Assembly (NCBI GenBank): GCA_963848295.1
Contig: CAWKDB010000010.1
Coordinates: forward strand, 4,830,800-4,894,799
Direction of reading: 5' to 3'
Origin: an uncultured delta proteobacterium
GTDB lineage: Bacteria > Myxococcota_A > Polyangia > Haliangiales > Haliangiaceae
Length of the DNA stretch: 64,000 nt
The notes under the pieces: generated by a model
The model's input: only the letters and a program-made list of their open reading frames with translations
What the model was told of the DNA's origin: nothing
The model's database searches: none
Part shown: piece by piece, positions 1 to 10,287 of the stretch
Numbering within the stretch: position 1 is the stretch's first letter
Layout: every line of letters begins with the position of its first letter
Program-made: the position numbers and the translations under genes

Positions 1-1643
1 CGATCTAGCTGCGCGCGCGCCATCAGTTGGCGAACCGCCGCGAGTCGAGCTCCGACATCGGCTTCGCCACTCGCTCGCATGCCGTCGAGCAGGCGGACCA
101 GAGCGCGCAACCGCGCGATGCGCAGCCCGCCGTGGAGCACCGGTCCGGTCTCGGCTCGCGCTTCGCGGGCGAGCAACGCGGCCTCGATCGCCGCGAGGCC
201 GCGCGCGAACTGAGCGCGCGCCGGATCGCCGTCGGGTGCGAGCGCGAGCACCGCCGGCAGGGCGTTGTCGGCGAGCAAGCCGCGATCGAGCTCCCGCAAC
301 AACCGCACCGAGTGGCGGCGATCGATCGGGTCGTCGTCGTTCGCGCGCTCGAGCCAATCGGCCGCGGCGACGACCTCTTCGACCGCGGCGCGAGCGTCGT
401 GCAACGCGCGCGGAATATCGCCGGCATCGAGCGCCGCTCGCGCGGCAGCGATCGGCAGCGCGAGGCCTTCGGGCCGCGCGCCATCGCCGAGCTCGGCGTC
501 GAGCGCATGGAGCAGCGCCCAGCGGCCGTCGTCATCGGTGGCCGCGACCGCGAGCTTGGCGCGCGTCCAGTCGTGCGCGGCCGCCGCAGCACGTGGCAAC
601 AGCGCCGCCGCCTCTTCGCGGCGCAGCTCGGCGAGCGCTTCGGCCGCATCGAGCGGCGCTCGCGAGACGAGCTCGGTCGCGAGGTCATCCGCGGCATCTG
701 GCGACGTGATCGCCAAGCCGGCGAGGCCGAGGATCGCACCGCGCGCGACGCCGGGCTCGGTCGCGGCGCGTTCGACGAGGATCGGCGTCCACCGCGCCGC
801 CGCGCCGCCGTGCTCGAGGGCCGCCGCCGCCGACGCGGAGGCGCGGCGCAGCTCGGTCGGGTTCGCGTTCGGCCGGAGCTCGCGATCGATGTCATCGGCG
901 AGCTCGGAGTCGACGTGCGCGAGCAGGCCGCGCGCGATGCCGGCGAACCGCCAGATCAGCTGCTCGCGATCGCCGAGCAGCCGCGTCAACGCCGCGCGCA
1001 CCCCCGCGCGCGCGAGCACCGCGACGCCGCCGCGATCGCCGCCGAGCTGGCGCCGCAGCGCCTCGCGCGCACCATGTGCCAAGATCCGCGCGGCGAGCCG
1101 CCGACCCGGCAACGATCCGGTCGCCGGCACTTCGACCCAACTGTGCGCGAGCGACGGCTGAGCGAGCAAGCCGATCGCGAGCTCGCCGGTCGCGCCGGGG
1201 GCAGTCAGCGGCGCGGACAACACGACCTCGGCGCGCGCTCGCAGCGCCGGATCGGTCGCGAGCAGCTTCGGCGACGACCGCGCGAGCGCGACGAGCAACC
1301 GCACGAACGTGTCGCGATCGGCGGTGCGCAGGCGCTGCAGCACGCGCCGGCCGAGCTCGCGTCGCTCTGGCCCGGCGGGCAACGCCTGAGCGAGCTCGAA
1401 CAACGCGACCGCCGCGGCCGCGGGCGACAACCACTCGAGCTCGGCGAGCACGCCGTCACCGAGCGCGGTGCGGACGGCGACGAGGAGCTCGTCCGCGGCG
1501 ATGCCTTCGAGCGGAGCCGGCTCGCGCTCGGCGATCTGCGCGAGCATGGCGAGCCCCGCGCGCGCGACCTTGCGGCGCTCCTCGACATCGGCGATCGCGT
1601 GCAGTCCTGCGAATGCCGCCAGGTAGGTGCGGCCGGTCCCCAT
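1..1643 (-). CDS. Large alpha-helical protein, N-terminal part (runs off the window); possibly the N-terminal domain of a myxobacterial Ser/Thr kinase
   Basis: ATG at 1643 reads MGTGRTYLAAFAGLHAIADVEERRKVARAGLAML..., with high GC3 codon usage. It is missing from the ORF track, consistent with no stop inside the window. The kinase link is from memory of similar proteins only. Confidence 0.6.
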   Translation of the reverse strand, partial: MGTGRTYLAAFAGLHAIADVEERRKVARAGLAMLAQIAEREPAPLEGIAADELLVAVRTALGDGVLAELEWLSPAAAAVALFELAQALPAGPERRELGRRVLQRLRTADRDTFVRLLVALARSSPKLLATDPALRARAEVVLSAPLTAPGATGELAIGLLAQPSLAHSWVEVPATGSLPGRRLAARILAHGAREALRRQLGGDRGGVAVLARAGVRAALTRLLGDREQLIWRFAGIARGLLAHVDSELADDIDRELRPNANPTELRRASASAAAALEHGGAAARWTPILVERAATEPGVARGAILGLAGLAITSPDAADDLATELVSRAPLDAAEALAELRREEAAALLPRAAAAAHDWTRAKLAVAATDDDGRWALLHALDAELGDGARPEGLALPIAAARAALDAGDIPRALHDARAAVEEVVAAADWLERANDDDPIDRRHSVRLLRELDRGLLADNALPAVLALAPDGDPARAQFARGLAAIEAALLAREARAETGPVLHGGLRIARLRALVRLLDGMRASGEADVGARLAAVRQLMARAQLD

Positions 1644-1736
1644 CGGCGAATTTTATCGGGTTAGCCGCCCGAGGGCCGGTTTTGCCCCGAGATGGATCGA
1701 TCAATCGGCTGTCCGGCGAAGCAAGGACGGCCGAAT

Positions 1737-3065
1737 CTACATCGAGGGGCCCCCGGAACGGGGCGGTCCGACCGGCGTCAAGTCGGCGACGGTCAGCGTC
1801 TCCTTATAGAAGACCGCGCCATCCGCGCCGACGCCGGATACCGAGATGGTGTCGGGGCCGACGTCGAGCACCGCGAAGTTGTACTGGACGTTGCGATAGA
1901 GCACGCCCGGTGCGGTTGGCCCTGGCGTCCCGAGGCCACGCGCTAGCGGGCCGGCCTGGAACTCGCGGATGCCGTATTGATGTCGATGCGCCGCGAAGAA
2001 GTGCTGGTCGCCCGAGAGAAACAACAGGCCGGGGATTTGGGCGGTGGCGAGCGCATCGAACATCACCTGGCGCTCGGTCGTGAAGCTCGACCAGGCGTCG
2101 TTGCCGGTCGCGAAGTCGAGCGGGATGGTCGTGAACACGAGCTTGAACGTCGCCGTGCTCTGCGCGATCGCCGCGAGAAACCATTGCAGCTGGGTCGCAC
2201 CGAGCATCGTCTTGTTCGCGTCGTCGGGCGCGGCGTCGGCGCTGCGAAACCGCCGCGTGTCGAGCAAGAAGCCTTCGACATGCGCACCCCACCGCCACGA
2301 CCGGTAGCGAATTCCGGGCGGCGCGTCGCGCAGCGGGAAGAACTCGTCCCACACTTGCACCGCCGCGGCGTAGCGATCGGCCTCGGTCGCGACGAACTGT
2401 GCATCCCAGTTGTTGCGGAACTCGTGGTCGTCGTAGATCGAGCGCAAGCCGTGCAGCTTGAGCCAAGCGTGGACCTTCGGCGCGGCGCGCAGCTCGACAT
2501 GGCGCTCGCGATAGGTCGCCACATCCATCGCCGGCGGGCCGTTGTCGGTGTACGGAAAGTCGCCGATCGTCACGAACAGCTCGGGCTCGTAGTCGGCGAC
2601 ATGCTCGAGCAGCGCGCTGTCGAACTCGGAGGACGGATCGAGGTCGGCCGAGAACGCGATGCGCACCGGGCGAGGCTCGGCGTCGATCGGCGCCGTGCGC
2701 ACGGTGAACGGACCGGAGTGCGCGCCGTCGTCGAACACGACCGTGATGCTGTAGCTCGTGTCGGGCTCGAGCCCGGTGACGTCGACCGCGCCGTGGCCGC
2801 CGTCGTCGGACAGCGCGATCGCCACCGCGGTGACGTGATCGCCGCCGGTCGTCACCTGCGCGGTCGCGGTGCGCGCGCTCGCGGCCCAAGCAGCGACGAT
2901 GATCGCGTCGGTCGTCGGCTCGAACATCGCGGCGGTGTGCGTGTCGTCGTCGCTCTCCGGCAGGTCGTTGTCGCCGCAACCCGCGCTGTGCAACGCGAGT
3001 CCCGCGGCACCGACGCCGACGAGCCGAAGGACGTCGCGACGAGACGGTGCAGGCGTGCGAGTCAC
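1737..3065 (-). CDS. phoD: PhoD-family alkaline phosphatase D, Tat-exported lipoprotein
   Basis: Tat signal SRRDVL and lipobox-like SAGC; motifs GDFPYTD, YDDHE, LLDTRRFR, TMLGxxQ, LSGDQH. Confidence 0.85.
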   Translation of the reverse strand: MTRTPAPSRRDVLRLVGVGAAGLALHSAGCGDNDLPESDDDTHTAAMFEPTTDAIIVAAWAASARTATAQVTTGGDHVTAVAIALSDDGGHGAVDVTGLEPDTSYSITVVFDDGAHSGPFTVRTAPIDAEPRPVRIAFSADLDPSSEFDSALLEHVADYEPELFVTIGDFPYTDNGPPAMDVATYRERHVELRAAPKVHAWLKLHGLRSIYDDHEFRNNWDAQFVATEADRYAAAVQVWDEFFPLRDAPPGIRYRSWRWGAHVEGFLLDTRRFRSADAAPDDANKTMLGATQLQWFLAAIAQSTATFKLVFTTIPLDFATGNDAWSSFTTERQVMFDALATAQIPGLLFLSGDQHFFAAHRHQYGIREFQAGPLARGLGTPGPTAPGVLYRNVQYNFAVLDVGPDTISVSGVGADGAVFYKETLTVADLTPVGPPRSGGPSM

Positions 3066-3112
3066 CGCGTGAAAGGATAGGCGATCTCGCGTCGCGGCGG
3101 TATGACTTCGCG

Positions 3113-3805
3113 ATGGAGCGACTCCAGTTAGCGGGGCTCGATGCCCGAGTGGTCGGGCCGGCCGACGCGAAGGTCACCGCCGTCTTGCTGCACGGTTTCG
3201 GCGCACCCGGCGACGATCTCGTGCCGCTGTCGCAATACCTCGACGCGCCGGCGCGTTACGTGTTTCCCGAAGCGCCGATCGCGCTCGGCGGCCCGTACGG
3301 TGGCGGCCGCGCATGGTTTCGGCTCGATCTCGACAAGATGGAGCGCGAGCTGCGCAGCGGCGCGCCACGCGATCGGCGGGCCGAGGTCCCCGACGGCCTG
3401 CACGAGGTCCGCGCTCGGGTCGCGCAGTTCATCACCGAGCTGCAAGCCGCGCTCGCGATCCCGAACGCCGCGCTCGTGCTCGGCGGGTTCTCGCAAGGCG
3501 CGATGATCGCCCTCGACGCGGCGCTGCATCGCGACGTCGCGCCCGCCGGGCTCGTGCTGATGTCCGGCACGATGCTCGCCGAAGCCGAATGGCAACCGCG
3601 GTTCGCAAAGCTCGCGGGCGTGCCGATCGAGCTGTCGCACGGCAAGCGCGATCCGCTGTTGCCGTTCGCGATCTCCGAGCTGCTGCGCGATCGCCTGATC
3701 GCCGCGGGCGCGATCGTCGACTGGCAGCCGTTCGACGGCGGCCACGAGATTCCGCCGCTGGTGCTCGCCGCCGCCGCCGAGCTGCTGACGAAGCTCGCCG
3801 GATAG
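3113..3805 (+). CDS. Phospholipase/carboxylesterase (alpha/beta hydrolase)
   Basis: LHGFGA, GFSQG nucleophile elbow, HGKRD, GGHEI. Confidence 0.88.
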   Translation: MERLQLAGLDARVVGPADAKVTAVLLHGFGAPGDDLVPLSQYLDAPARYVFPEAPIALGGPYGGGRAWFRLDLDKMERELRSGAPRDRRAEVPDGLHEVRARVAQFITELQAALAIPNAALVLGGFSQGAMIALDAALHRDVAPAGLVLMSGTMLAEAEWQPRFAKLAGVPIELSHGKRDPLLPFAISELLRDRLIAAGAIVDWQPFDGGHEIPPLVLAAAAELLTKLAG

Positions 3806-3812
3806 CTCCTAA

Positions 3813-4859
3813 TCAATTAGTCAGCAGCATGCCGCACAGCTGCGCGCCCGCATCCGGGCAGCACAGGTCGACGCCGGCGAACTGGCTCGTGTGAATGCAT
3901 ACATGGGCGCCCTTCGACGGGTAGTAGTACGCCCAGAAGAAGCACATCTCGTCGTTCGCCGACTCGCCGAAACTCACGGTGCCTGCCTCGGAGTTGAACC
4001 ACGTGCATGTGAAGTCAAAGCCCGAGCCGGTCGGCACGGTGAACTCCGGGTTGAACGTCGCGGTCACCGGCTCGCTCCACAGGAACGGATCCGGCGCGTA
4101 GATCGGTGTCAGCGTCCCGGTCGCGCTCGGCGCGGTGTTGATCTGAACATCGGTGCCGAGGTGGTGCTCGTGACCGGTGATCGCGAAGAACTTCGCGGTG
4201 CTGAGATCGAGGCCTGCCTTGCTCGGCGTGAAGAATTCGTGCAGCGTCGTCATCACGTTCGGCGGCAGCGAGATGTCGGGCGAGCCGATGAACAAGATCG
4301 ACGCCTCGTTGTTGATCGTCGCCGGGTCGGCGGCGTAGAAGTCCGCGGTCGCCATCAGCGAGATCGGCGTGTCGGTCGCGTTGATGTAATGGAGCTCGAT
4401 CCGGATCATCTGGTTCGCGTTGAGCGTGTACGCGACGCCATCGGGCAGCGTCAGCTCGTCATCCTTTTTCTGCGTGATCATCAACGGGGCGACCATGCCG
4501 CTGGTGTTGAGCGCGCCGGTGAACGGCTGGCAGTCTTGCGGCACGGTCTGCTCGGTCGTGTCGAGGTCGTCCTTGTAGATGATCATGTGGTGCGAGCCGG
4601 TGCCGAGCACGTTGTGCAGCTGGTGCACTTTGATCTCGGTGGGGTTCGACAGCTTGAGGATCACGCACTGGGTGTCCTCGGTATCCGCGGGCACCGTGAT
4701 CGGGCCCCATTGCAGCGAGTAGTCGGTGCCTTGCAACGGGGGAACATCCGCGGTCCCGCCGCCGTCGGGCTGGCCCTGCCCACCGCCACCGCCGCCGCCG
4801 ATGTTCTTGCCGCAAGCGGCAAGACCGAGGAACGAAATCGCGAGAGCGAGATGGCGCAT
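3813..4859 (-). CDS. Copper type II ascorbate-dependent monooxygenase-like (PHM/DBH fold) lipoprotein
   Basis: Lipobox LAAC; CuH ligands SHHM and ELHY; CuM ligands GHEH and EMC. Confidence 0.75.
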   Translation of the reverse strand: MRHLALAISFLGLAACGKNIGGGGGGGQGQPDGGGTADVPPLQGTDYSLQWGPITVPADTEDTQCVILKLSNPTEIKVHQLHNVLGTGSHHMIIYKDDLDTTEQTVPQDCQPFTGALNTSGMVAPLMITQKKDDELTLPDGVAYTLNANQMIRIELHYINATDTPISLMATADFYAADPATINNEASILFIGSPDISLPPNVMTTLHEFFTPSKAGLDLSTAKFFAITGHEHHLGTDVQINTAPSATGTLTPIYAPDPFLWSEPVTATFNPEFTVPTGSGFDFTCTWFNSEAGTVSFGESANDEMCFFWAYYYPSKGAHVCIHTSQFAGVDLCCPDAGAQLCGMLLTN

Positions 4860-4944
4860 GCGAACCCCCTTAAGCGGGCGCAGTATTGCCCGACACCTTC
4901 TCGCTTGGATAGGCCCTTGTTGACTCGCGTTTAATGTAGCGAAT

Positions 4945-5877
4945 TCACGGAGAAATCCTCGTAATCTTGTAGCCTTTGGCGGCCAGCAGGTCGAGCACGC
5001 TGCGCTTTCCGAGCAGGTGCATCGCACCGACCGCGACGAAGCCACCGCCATCGGCGTGGAGCTGCTCGAGCTCCGGGATCCACGATGCATTGCGATCGTA
5101 GAGCATCTCGTTCATCTCCTGATCGTACTCGGCGTCGGTGTGGCCGTGGCGCTTCGCATCGGCGCGCTCTTCGTCTGTGAGCTCCGTCGTCTTCGCGTCG
5201 TCGCCGGCGAGATACGCATCGATCAGCTCGTGCTGGCGCGCCGCGGAGGTGTCGAGGTCGTCGATCATGTCCTTGAGCGCGCGCGCGTCCATCCACTTCT
5301 CGAGCAGCTTCTCCTGCTTGGCGGCCGGCTCGAGGTAGACGATCTGCTCGTGGTTGTTGATCGCGCGGCCGAGCAGCACCGAGTCCATCGCACCGGTTTT
5401 CGGTATGTCTTTCATCGACAACATCGTCGCGGCGACCATCGGCTTCATCCGATCGACCCGGCTCGCGACCGGCGCCGTGAGCGCGCCCTCGAGCTTGTGC
5501 CAGTAGTCGTCGCCGATCTCCTGGTGCACGGTCTCGCCGGCCGGTAGCTTGAGGTCGCCGAGCGCCGAGTCGTTGATGTCGGTCTCCATCGCGAACGCGC
5601 GCGCGGCGTCGAGCTTGTCCCAGACGATCTGGGGAAGCTGCGCTTCGGCGTCGATGCCGACGTGCATCGTGCCGAGCATGTACGTCGTCTTGCCGTCCTT
5701 CTCGACCGACCAGAAGAACGGATGCGGCAGCGGGTGCTTGACCACCGGCTTGACGGCCCACGGATCGGCGGAGCTCACCGTCTTGCCTTGGTCGGCCGGC
5801 GCGGTCGCCCGATCTGACTTCTGACAGGCGGCGGCGGCCAGGATCGCGATGAGGTAGGCGAACATGCGACGCGTCAT
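4945..5877 (-). CDS. TraB/GumN family lipoprotein
   Basis: YMLGTMHVG, RNxxW, FVAVGAMHL motifs; lipobox AAAC. Confidence 0.85.
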   Translation of the reverse strand: MTRRMFAYLIAILAAAACQKSDRATAPADQGKTVSSADPWAVKPVVKHPLPHPFFWSVEKDGKTTYMLGTMHVGIDAEAQLPQIVWDKLDAARAFAMETDINDSALGDLKLPAGETVHQEIGDDYWHKLEGALTAPVASRVDRMKPMVAATMLSMKDIPKTGAMDSVLLGRAINNHEQIVYLEPAAKQEKLLEKWMDARALKDMIDDLDTSAARQHELIDAYLAGDDAKTTELTDEERADAKRHGHTDAEYDQEMNEMLYDRNASWIPELEQLHADGGGFVAVGAMHLLGKRSVLDLLAAKGYKITRISP

Positions 5878-5951
5878 GGGCGGACCTTTACCATGCAAAT
5901 CGTAGCCTCGCTCACAGAACCTCGGGCGCGCCCGGGCGACACTATCGAGAC

Positions 5952-6467
5952 ATGCGGCATCGGCTCGTGATCGGTCTACTGCTCGGAGCGCTCGGCGCCA
6001 GCGCGGCCGCGGCACCCAGGATCGCGACGCCGACAGCCGAGCCGGCGACTTTCATGATCCGCGATCGGCTCGCTGCGGATCCCGATGCACTATGGCCGAG
6101 GTTGCCGCAGGACCACGAGCTGTCGATGGACGATCGCATGGTCGATAACTTCAGCGACTGGACCAATCGCGTGATGGGCGCTCATCTGGACAAGATGTCG
6201 CACGACCTGGTCGCGCTGCACGTCGACATGCGAGCCGGTCGCGCGCGGCTGCGCTTCGGCATGGGCGACGGCCGGTTCCTCAAGTTCAAGTTCGATAGCG
6301 ATTGGCACTTCGTCGACGGCAAAGCGCGGATGATCGCGAAGCTCGACCTCGGCGTGTCCGGCCACATGTTGCACGTCGACGTCCCAGCCGTCGACGTGTC
6401 GACCGACTCGTATCGCGGTCAGGATCTCGTCCAGGTCAACGTGCCGTTGCTCCAGCGGACCTGGTAA
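5952..6467 (+). CDS. Secreted hypothetical protein
   Basis: Signal peptide, beta-rich C-terminus ending in W, good codon bias. Confidence 0.65.
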   Translation: MRHRLVIGLLLGALGASAAAAPRIATPTAEPATFMIRDRLAADPDALWPRLPQDHELSMDDRMVDNFSDWTNRVMGAHLDKMSHDLVALHVDMRAGRARLRFGMGDGRFLKFKFDSDWHFVDGKARMIAKLDLGVSGHMLHVDVPAVDVSTDSYRGQDLVQVNVPLLQRTW

Positions 6468-6500
6468 GCCACCGCCCCGGCAAAGGGGTATAAGCGGCGG

Positions 6501-8222
6501 ATGAGATCGGTCGCTGCCGCGCTGCTCGCGGTCGCCGCATGCCAGTCCGCGCCGCTTGCACCGGTCGCGCGGAACGCGCCACTCGCGCCGGCCGAGCTCG
6601 GGCCGGTCACGATCTCGATCATCGGCACCAACGACGTCCACGGCGCGATCACGCGGCTCCCGTTGTTCGCCGGCTACGTCGCGAACGTCCGTACCGCGCG
6701 CAAAGCTGATGGCGGCGGCGTCTTGCTGATCGACGCGGGCGACATCTTTCAAGGCACGTTCGAGTCGAACCTCGGCGAGGGCGTCGACATGATCCGCGCG
6801 TACAACGCGCTCGGCTACACCGCCGCGACGATCGGCAATCACGAGTTCGACTACGGGCCGGTCGGCCCGGCGACGCGACCGGGTCCGGGCGACGACCCGC
6901 AGGGCGCGCTCAAGGCCCGGATCAGCGAAGCGACGTTTCCATTCGTCGATTCGAATCTCGTCGACGTCTCGGGCAAGCTGCCGCACTGGGCGAACCTGAG
7001 CGCGGGCACGATCGTCACGGTCGCCGGTCATCGCATCGGCATCGTCGGGGCGACGACCGAGTCGACGCCGCATAGCACGATGCCGTCGAACTTCGCCGGC
7101 CTCGCGATCGCGAAGCCCGAGGCGATCGCGGTCGCTGCGAAGGACTTGCGCGCGCATGGCGCCGAGCTCGTGATCCTCGCCGCGCACCTCGGTAGCGAGT
7201 GCTCGAGGTTCGACGATCCGCGCGACAGCTCGTCGTGTGACCGCAAGCAGGAGATCTTCGAGGTGTTGCCCGCGGTGCATGGCGTCGTCGACGCGATCGT
7301 CGCCGGTCACACGCACGCTGGCATCGCGCACGAGCTCGACGGGATCCCCACGATCGAGTCGTTCTCGTCGGCGGTCGCGTTCGGTCGGATCGACCTGCAT
7401 GTCGCGGCCGACGGCCACATCCTCGACTCGAAGATCTTTCCACCGCAGCGCATGTGCCCGCTGGCCCCGGGCGCGAGCGACGAGAAGACGCCGCCGGTCG
7501 ACTGCAAACCGGACGACTATGAAGGTGCGCCGGTCGTGCGCGACCCGAAGATCCAAGCCGTCGTCGACGGCGCCCTGGCGCGCGCCGGCACGGCGCGGAC
7601 CGAGAAGCTCGGCATCACGCTGACCGCGCCGATCACGAAGCTGTATCGAGCCGAATCGATCGAGGGCGACTGGTTCACCGACTTGATGCGCGCCGCGCAA
7701 CCGACGGCCCAGCTCGCGTTGACCAACGGCGGCGGGTTGCGCGCGGATGTGCCGGCGGGCGAGGTCACGTATGGCCAGGTGTTCGAGGCGATGCCGTTCG
7801 ATAATCGGTTCACGCTCGTCGACGTCACCGGCGCGCAGTTGCACGAGCTCGTAACCTCGAACCTCGAGAACCACGCCGGGCTGATGTCGTGGTCGGGCTT
7901 GACCGTGAAGGCGCGCTGCGCCGGTGGCAAGCTCGATGTCGCGATCACGGTCGGCGGCAAGCCGCTGGTAAACACGAAGCGGTACACGGTCGCGACGACC
8001 GATTTTCTCGCGACCGGCGGCGATGGCGCGCTCGCGGCGCTGAAGCTACCGGCCGATGCGTTTCATCCAACCGACGTGATCGTTCGCGAAGCGATCGTCG
8101 AGCTGCTGCGCCATCGCAAGGGCGTGGAAGCGACGATCGATCCGAAGCGGATCTTCGACGGCGTACACGGCCGGCTCGAGTTCCCGGGGGCGCGCCCGGT
8201 GACGTGCGGAGGGTCGCCGTGA
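6501..8222 (+). CDS. Bifunctional metallophosphatase/5'-nucleotidase lipoprotein
   Basis: TNDVHG, DAGD, GNHEFD, GHTH, NGGGLR, PFDN motifs. Confidence 0.9.
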   Translation: MRSVAAALLAVAACQSAPLAPVARNAPLAPAELGPVTISIIGTNDVHGAITRLPLFAGYVANVRTARKADGGGVLLIDAGDIFQGTFESNLGEGVDMIRAYNALGYTAATIGNHEFDYGPVGPATRPGPGDDPQGALKARISEATFPFVDSNLVDVSGKLPHWANLSAGTIVTVAGHRIGIVGATTESTPHSTMPSNFAGLAIAKPEAIAVAAKDLRAHGAELVILAAHLGSECSRFDDPRDSSSCDRKQEIFEVLPAVHGVVDAIVAGHTHAGIAHELDGIPTIESFSSAVAFGRIDLHVAADGHILDSKIFPPQRMCPLAPGASDEKTPPVDCKPDDYEGAPVVRDPKIQAVVDGALARAGTARTEKLGITLTAPITKLYRAESIEGDWFTDLMRAAQPTAQLALTNGGGLRADVPAGEVTYGQVFEAMPFDNRFTLVDVTGAQLHELVTSNLENHAGLMSWSGLTVKARCAGGKLDVAITVGGKPLVNTKRYTVATTDFLATGGDGALAALKLPADAFHPTDVIVREAIVELLRHRKGVEATIDPKRIFDGVHGRLEFPGARPVTCGGSP

Positions 8223-9556
8223 CCTGGTCGCCGACGAGCTGGAAGACACGCGCGGCATCGCAACAGGTCGAGTACGCCGATCCGGTCGCGCTCGATCGCG
8301 TCGTCGAACAGATCGGCCGGCTGCCGCCGCTCGTCACGTCCTGGGAGATCGAGCAACTGCGCACCGAGCTCGCGCGGGCGGCGCGCGGTGAGGCGTTCGT
8401 GCTGCAAGGCGGCGATTGCGCCGAGAGCTTCGACGACTGCCGATCCGAGCCGATCGCGGCGAAGCTGAAGATCCTGCTGCAGATGAGCCTCGTGCTCGTC
8501 CATGGCACGCGCAAGCGGGTCGTTCGCATCGGGCGGATCGCCGGCCAATACGCGAAGCCGCGCTCGGCCGACACCGAGACCAAAGCGGGCGTCACGCTGC
8601 CCGCCTATCGCGGGGACCTCATCAACCGCGACGGCTTCACCGCCGCCGACCGCGCGCCCGATCCGGTGCTGATGCTGCGCGCCTACGAGCGCGCGGGTCT
8701 GACGCTCAACTTCATCCGCGCCTTGACCGACGGCGGGTTCGCGGATCTCCACCACCCCGAGTATTGGGACGTGTCGTTCGCGAAGGGCTCGCCGCGCGCC
8801 GCCGGCTACGAGCGGATCGTCAGCTCGATCCGCGAGTCGCTCGACTTCGTCAGTGCGATCACCGGCGTCGAGGCCGAGGCCTTGCGGCGAGTCGACGTCT
8901 ACACGAGCCACGAAGCGCTCGCGCTGCCGTACGAACAAGCGCAGACCCGCCAGGTGCCGCGCCGCGACGGTCACTACAACCTGTCGACCCACTTCCCGTG
9001 GATCGGCATGCGCACCGCGCAGCTCGACGGTGCACACGTCGAGTTTCACCGTGGCATCAACAACCCGCTCGGCATCAAGGTCGGCCCCGCGATGACGGGC
9101 GAGTGGCTGGTCGGCTTGCTCGACGCGCTCGACGCCGACCACACGCCGGGGCGGATCACGCTGATCGCGCGCATGGGCGCCGACCACGTCGCCTCGAAGC
9201 TGCCGCCGCTCGTCGAGGCGGTCCGCGCGGCCGGACGCACCGTCTTGTGGATGTGCGATCCGATGCACGGCAACACCGAGACGCTGCCGCAAGGGATCAA
9301 GACGCGACGGTTCGACAAGATCGTCGACGAGCTCGAGCAGAGCTTCACGTTGCACGCGCAGCTCGGATCGCGGCTCGGGGGAGCGCATATCGAGCTCACC
9401 GGCGAAGACGTCACCGAGTGTATCGGCGGCGCACGCGGCTTGGCCGAAGTCGATCTCGAGCGCGCGTACAAATCGCGCGTCGATCCGCGGCTCAACTACG
9501 AGCAGGCGCTCGAGGTGGCAATGCGGATCGCTGACCACGTGAGAGGTACAACATGA
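8219..9556 (+). CDS. Class II DAHP synthase
   Basis: LQGGDCAE, GRIAGQYAKPRS, SHEAL, CDPMHGNT, DPRLN; the GTG start overlaps the upstream stop. Confidence 0.93.
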   Translation: MTWSPTSWKTRAASQQVEYADPVALDRVVEQIGRLPPLVTSWEIEQLRTELARAARGEAFVLQGGDCAESFDDCRSEPIAAKLKILLQMSLVLVHGTRKRVVRIGRIAGQYAKPRSADTETKAGVTLPAYRGDLINRDGFTAADRAPDPVLMLRAYERAGLTLNFIRALTDGGFADLHHPEYWDVSFAKGSPRAAGYERIVSSIRESLDFVSAITGVEAEALRRVDVYTSHEALALPYEQAQTRQVPRRDGHYNLSTHFPWIGMRTAQLDGAHVEFHRGINNPLGIKVGPAMTGEWLVGLLDALDADHTPGRITLIARMGADHVASKLPPLVEAVRAAGRTVLWMCDPMHGNTETLPQGIKTRRFDKIVDELEQSFTLHAQLGSRLGGAHIELTGEDVTECIGGARGLAEVDLERAYKSRVDPRLNYEQALEVAMRIADHVRGTT

Positions 9557-10287
9557 GCGCACCCGGCATCTTTGGGCATCGCAGTCTGTTCTGGCGCGTG
9601 ATCTCGAGCTGGATGGTGCCGGTCATGATGACCGTCGCCTACCTCTTCATGATGTTCACGAGTAGGCGCAGCGACGACAGTGCGCAGACCTGGGTCGCGC
9701 GCGGCTGGATGGCGATCGGACTTATCCTCGTCTACGTCGTGTGGGGGATGTTCCGGTTCCTGACGACGAACGCCGCGCTGTCTCGCGCGGTCGCGGTCGG
9801 TGACGCCGATCGGCTACTGGAGATCGTCGACGCGAAGCTCGGCCGCAAGCGTCGCCCGGGCGCGCTCTGGATCTATCGTGCGATCGGGCTCGAGCTGCGT
9901 GGCGATCACGGCGATGCGCTCGCAGCGCTCGATCGCGCAGCCCAGGCGCGCTCGCTCAACCAGCGGCAACGCGCACTCGCCGCGAACGTGCGCATCGCCG
10001 TGCTCGTCGAGCAGGGCGAGGCCGCCGCAGCGCGCGACGTGTTCGATCGCGAGCTCGCGACCGCGCGCGATCCCTCGGCCGCGCTCGCCGAAGCGCGCAT
10101 CTTGTGGGCCGAGCACGATCCGCAAGCGCCTGCGCGCTTCGCGAAGATCGTCGACGACATCCGCGCCGGCGCCGCGGTGCGCGCCGATGCCCATCGCTAC
10201 CTCGCAAAGATCGCCGACACCGACCACGACGAGACCGCTCGCGCGAAGCACGCCGCTGCAGAGCAGCGACTCAGAACGAACCGCTGA
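9553..10287 (+). CDS. Membrane protein with two TM helices and a TPR-like C-terminus
   Basis: Two hydrophobic segments followed by helical repeats; ATGA overlap with the DAHP synthase gene. Confidence 0.7.
   Translation: MSAPGIFGHRSLFWRVISSWMVPVMMTVAYLFMMFTSRRSDDSAQTWVARGWMAIGLILVYVVWGMFRFLTTNAALSRAVAVGDADRLLEIVDAKLGRKRRPGALWIYRAIGLELRGDHGDALAALDRAAQARSLNQRQRALAANVRIAVLVEQGEAAAARDVFDRELATARDPSAALAEARILWAEHDPQAPARFAKIVDDIRAGAAVRADAHRYLAKIADTDHDETARAKHAAAEQRLRTNR

Noticed and set aside
27..1664. 545-aa plus-strand ORF and many other long Arg/Ala-rich ORFs in the GC-rich part
   Set aside because: Antisense or off-frame shadows of real genes, expected at this GC content.
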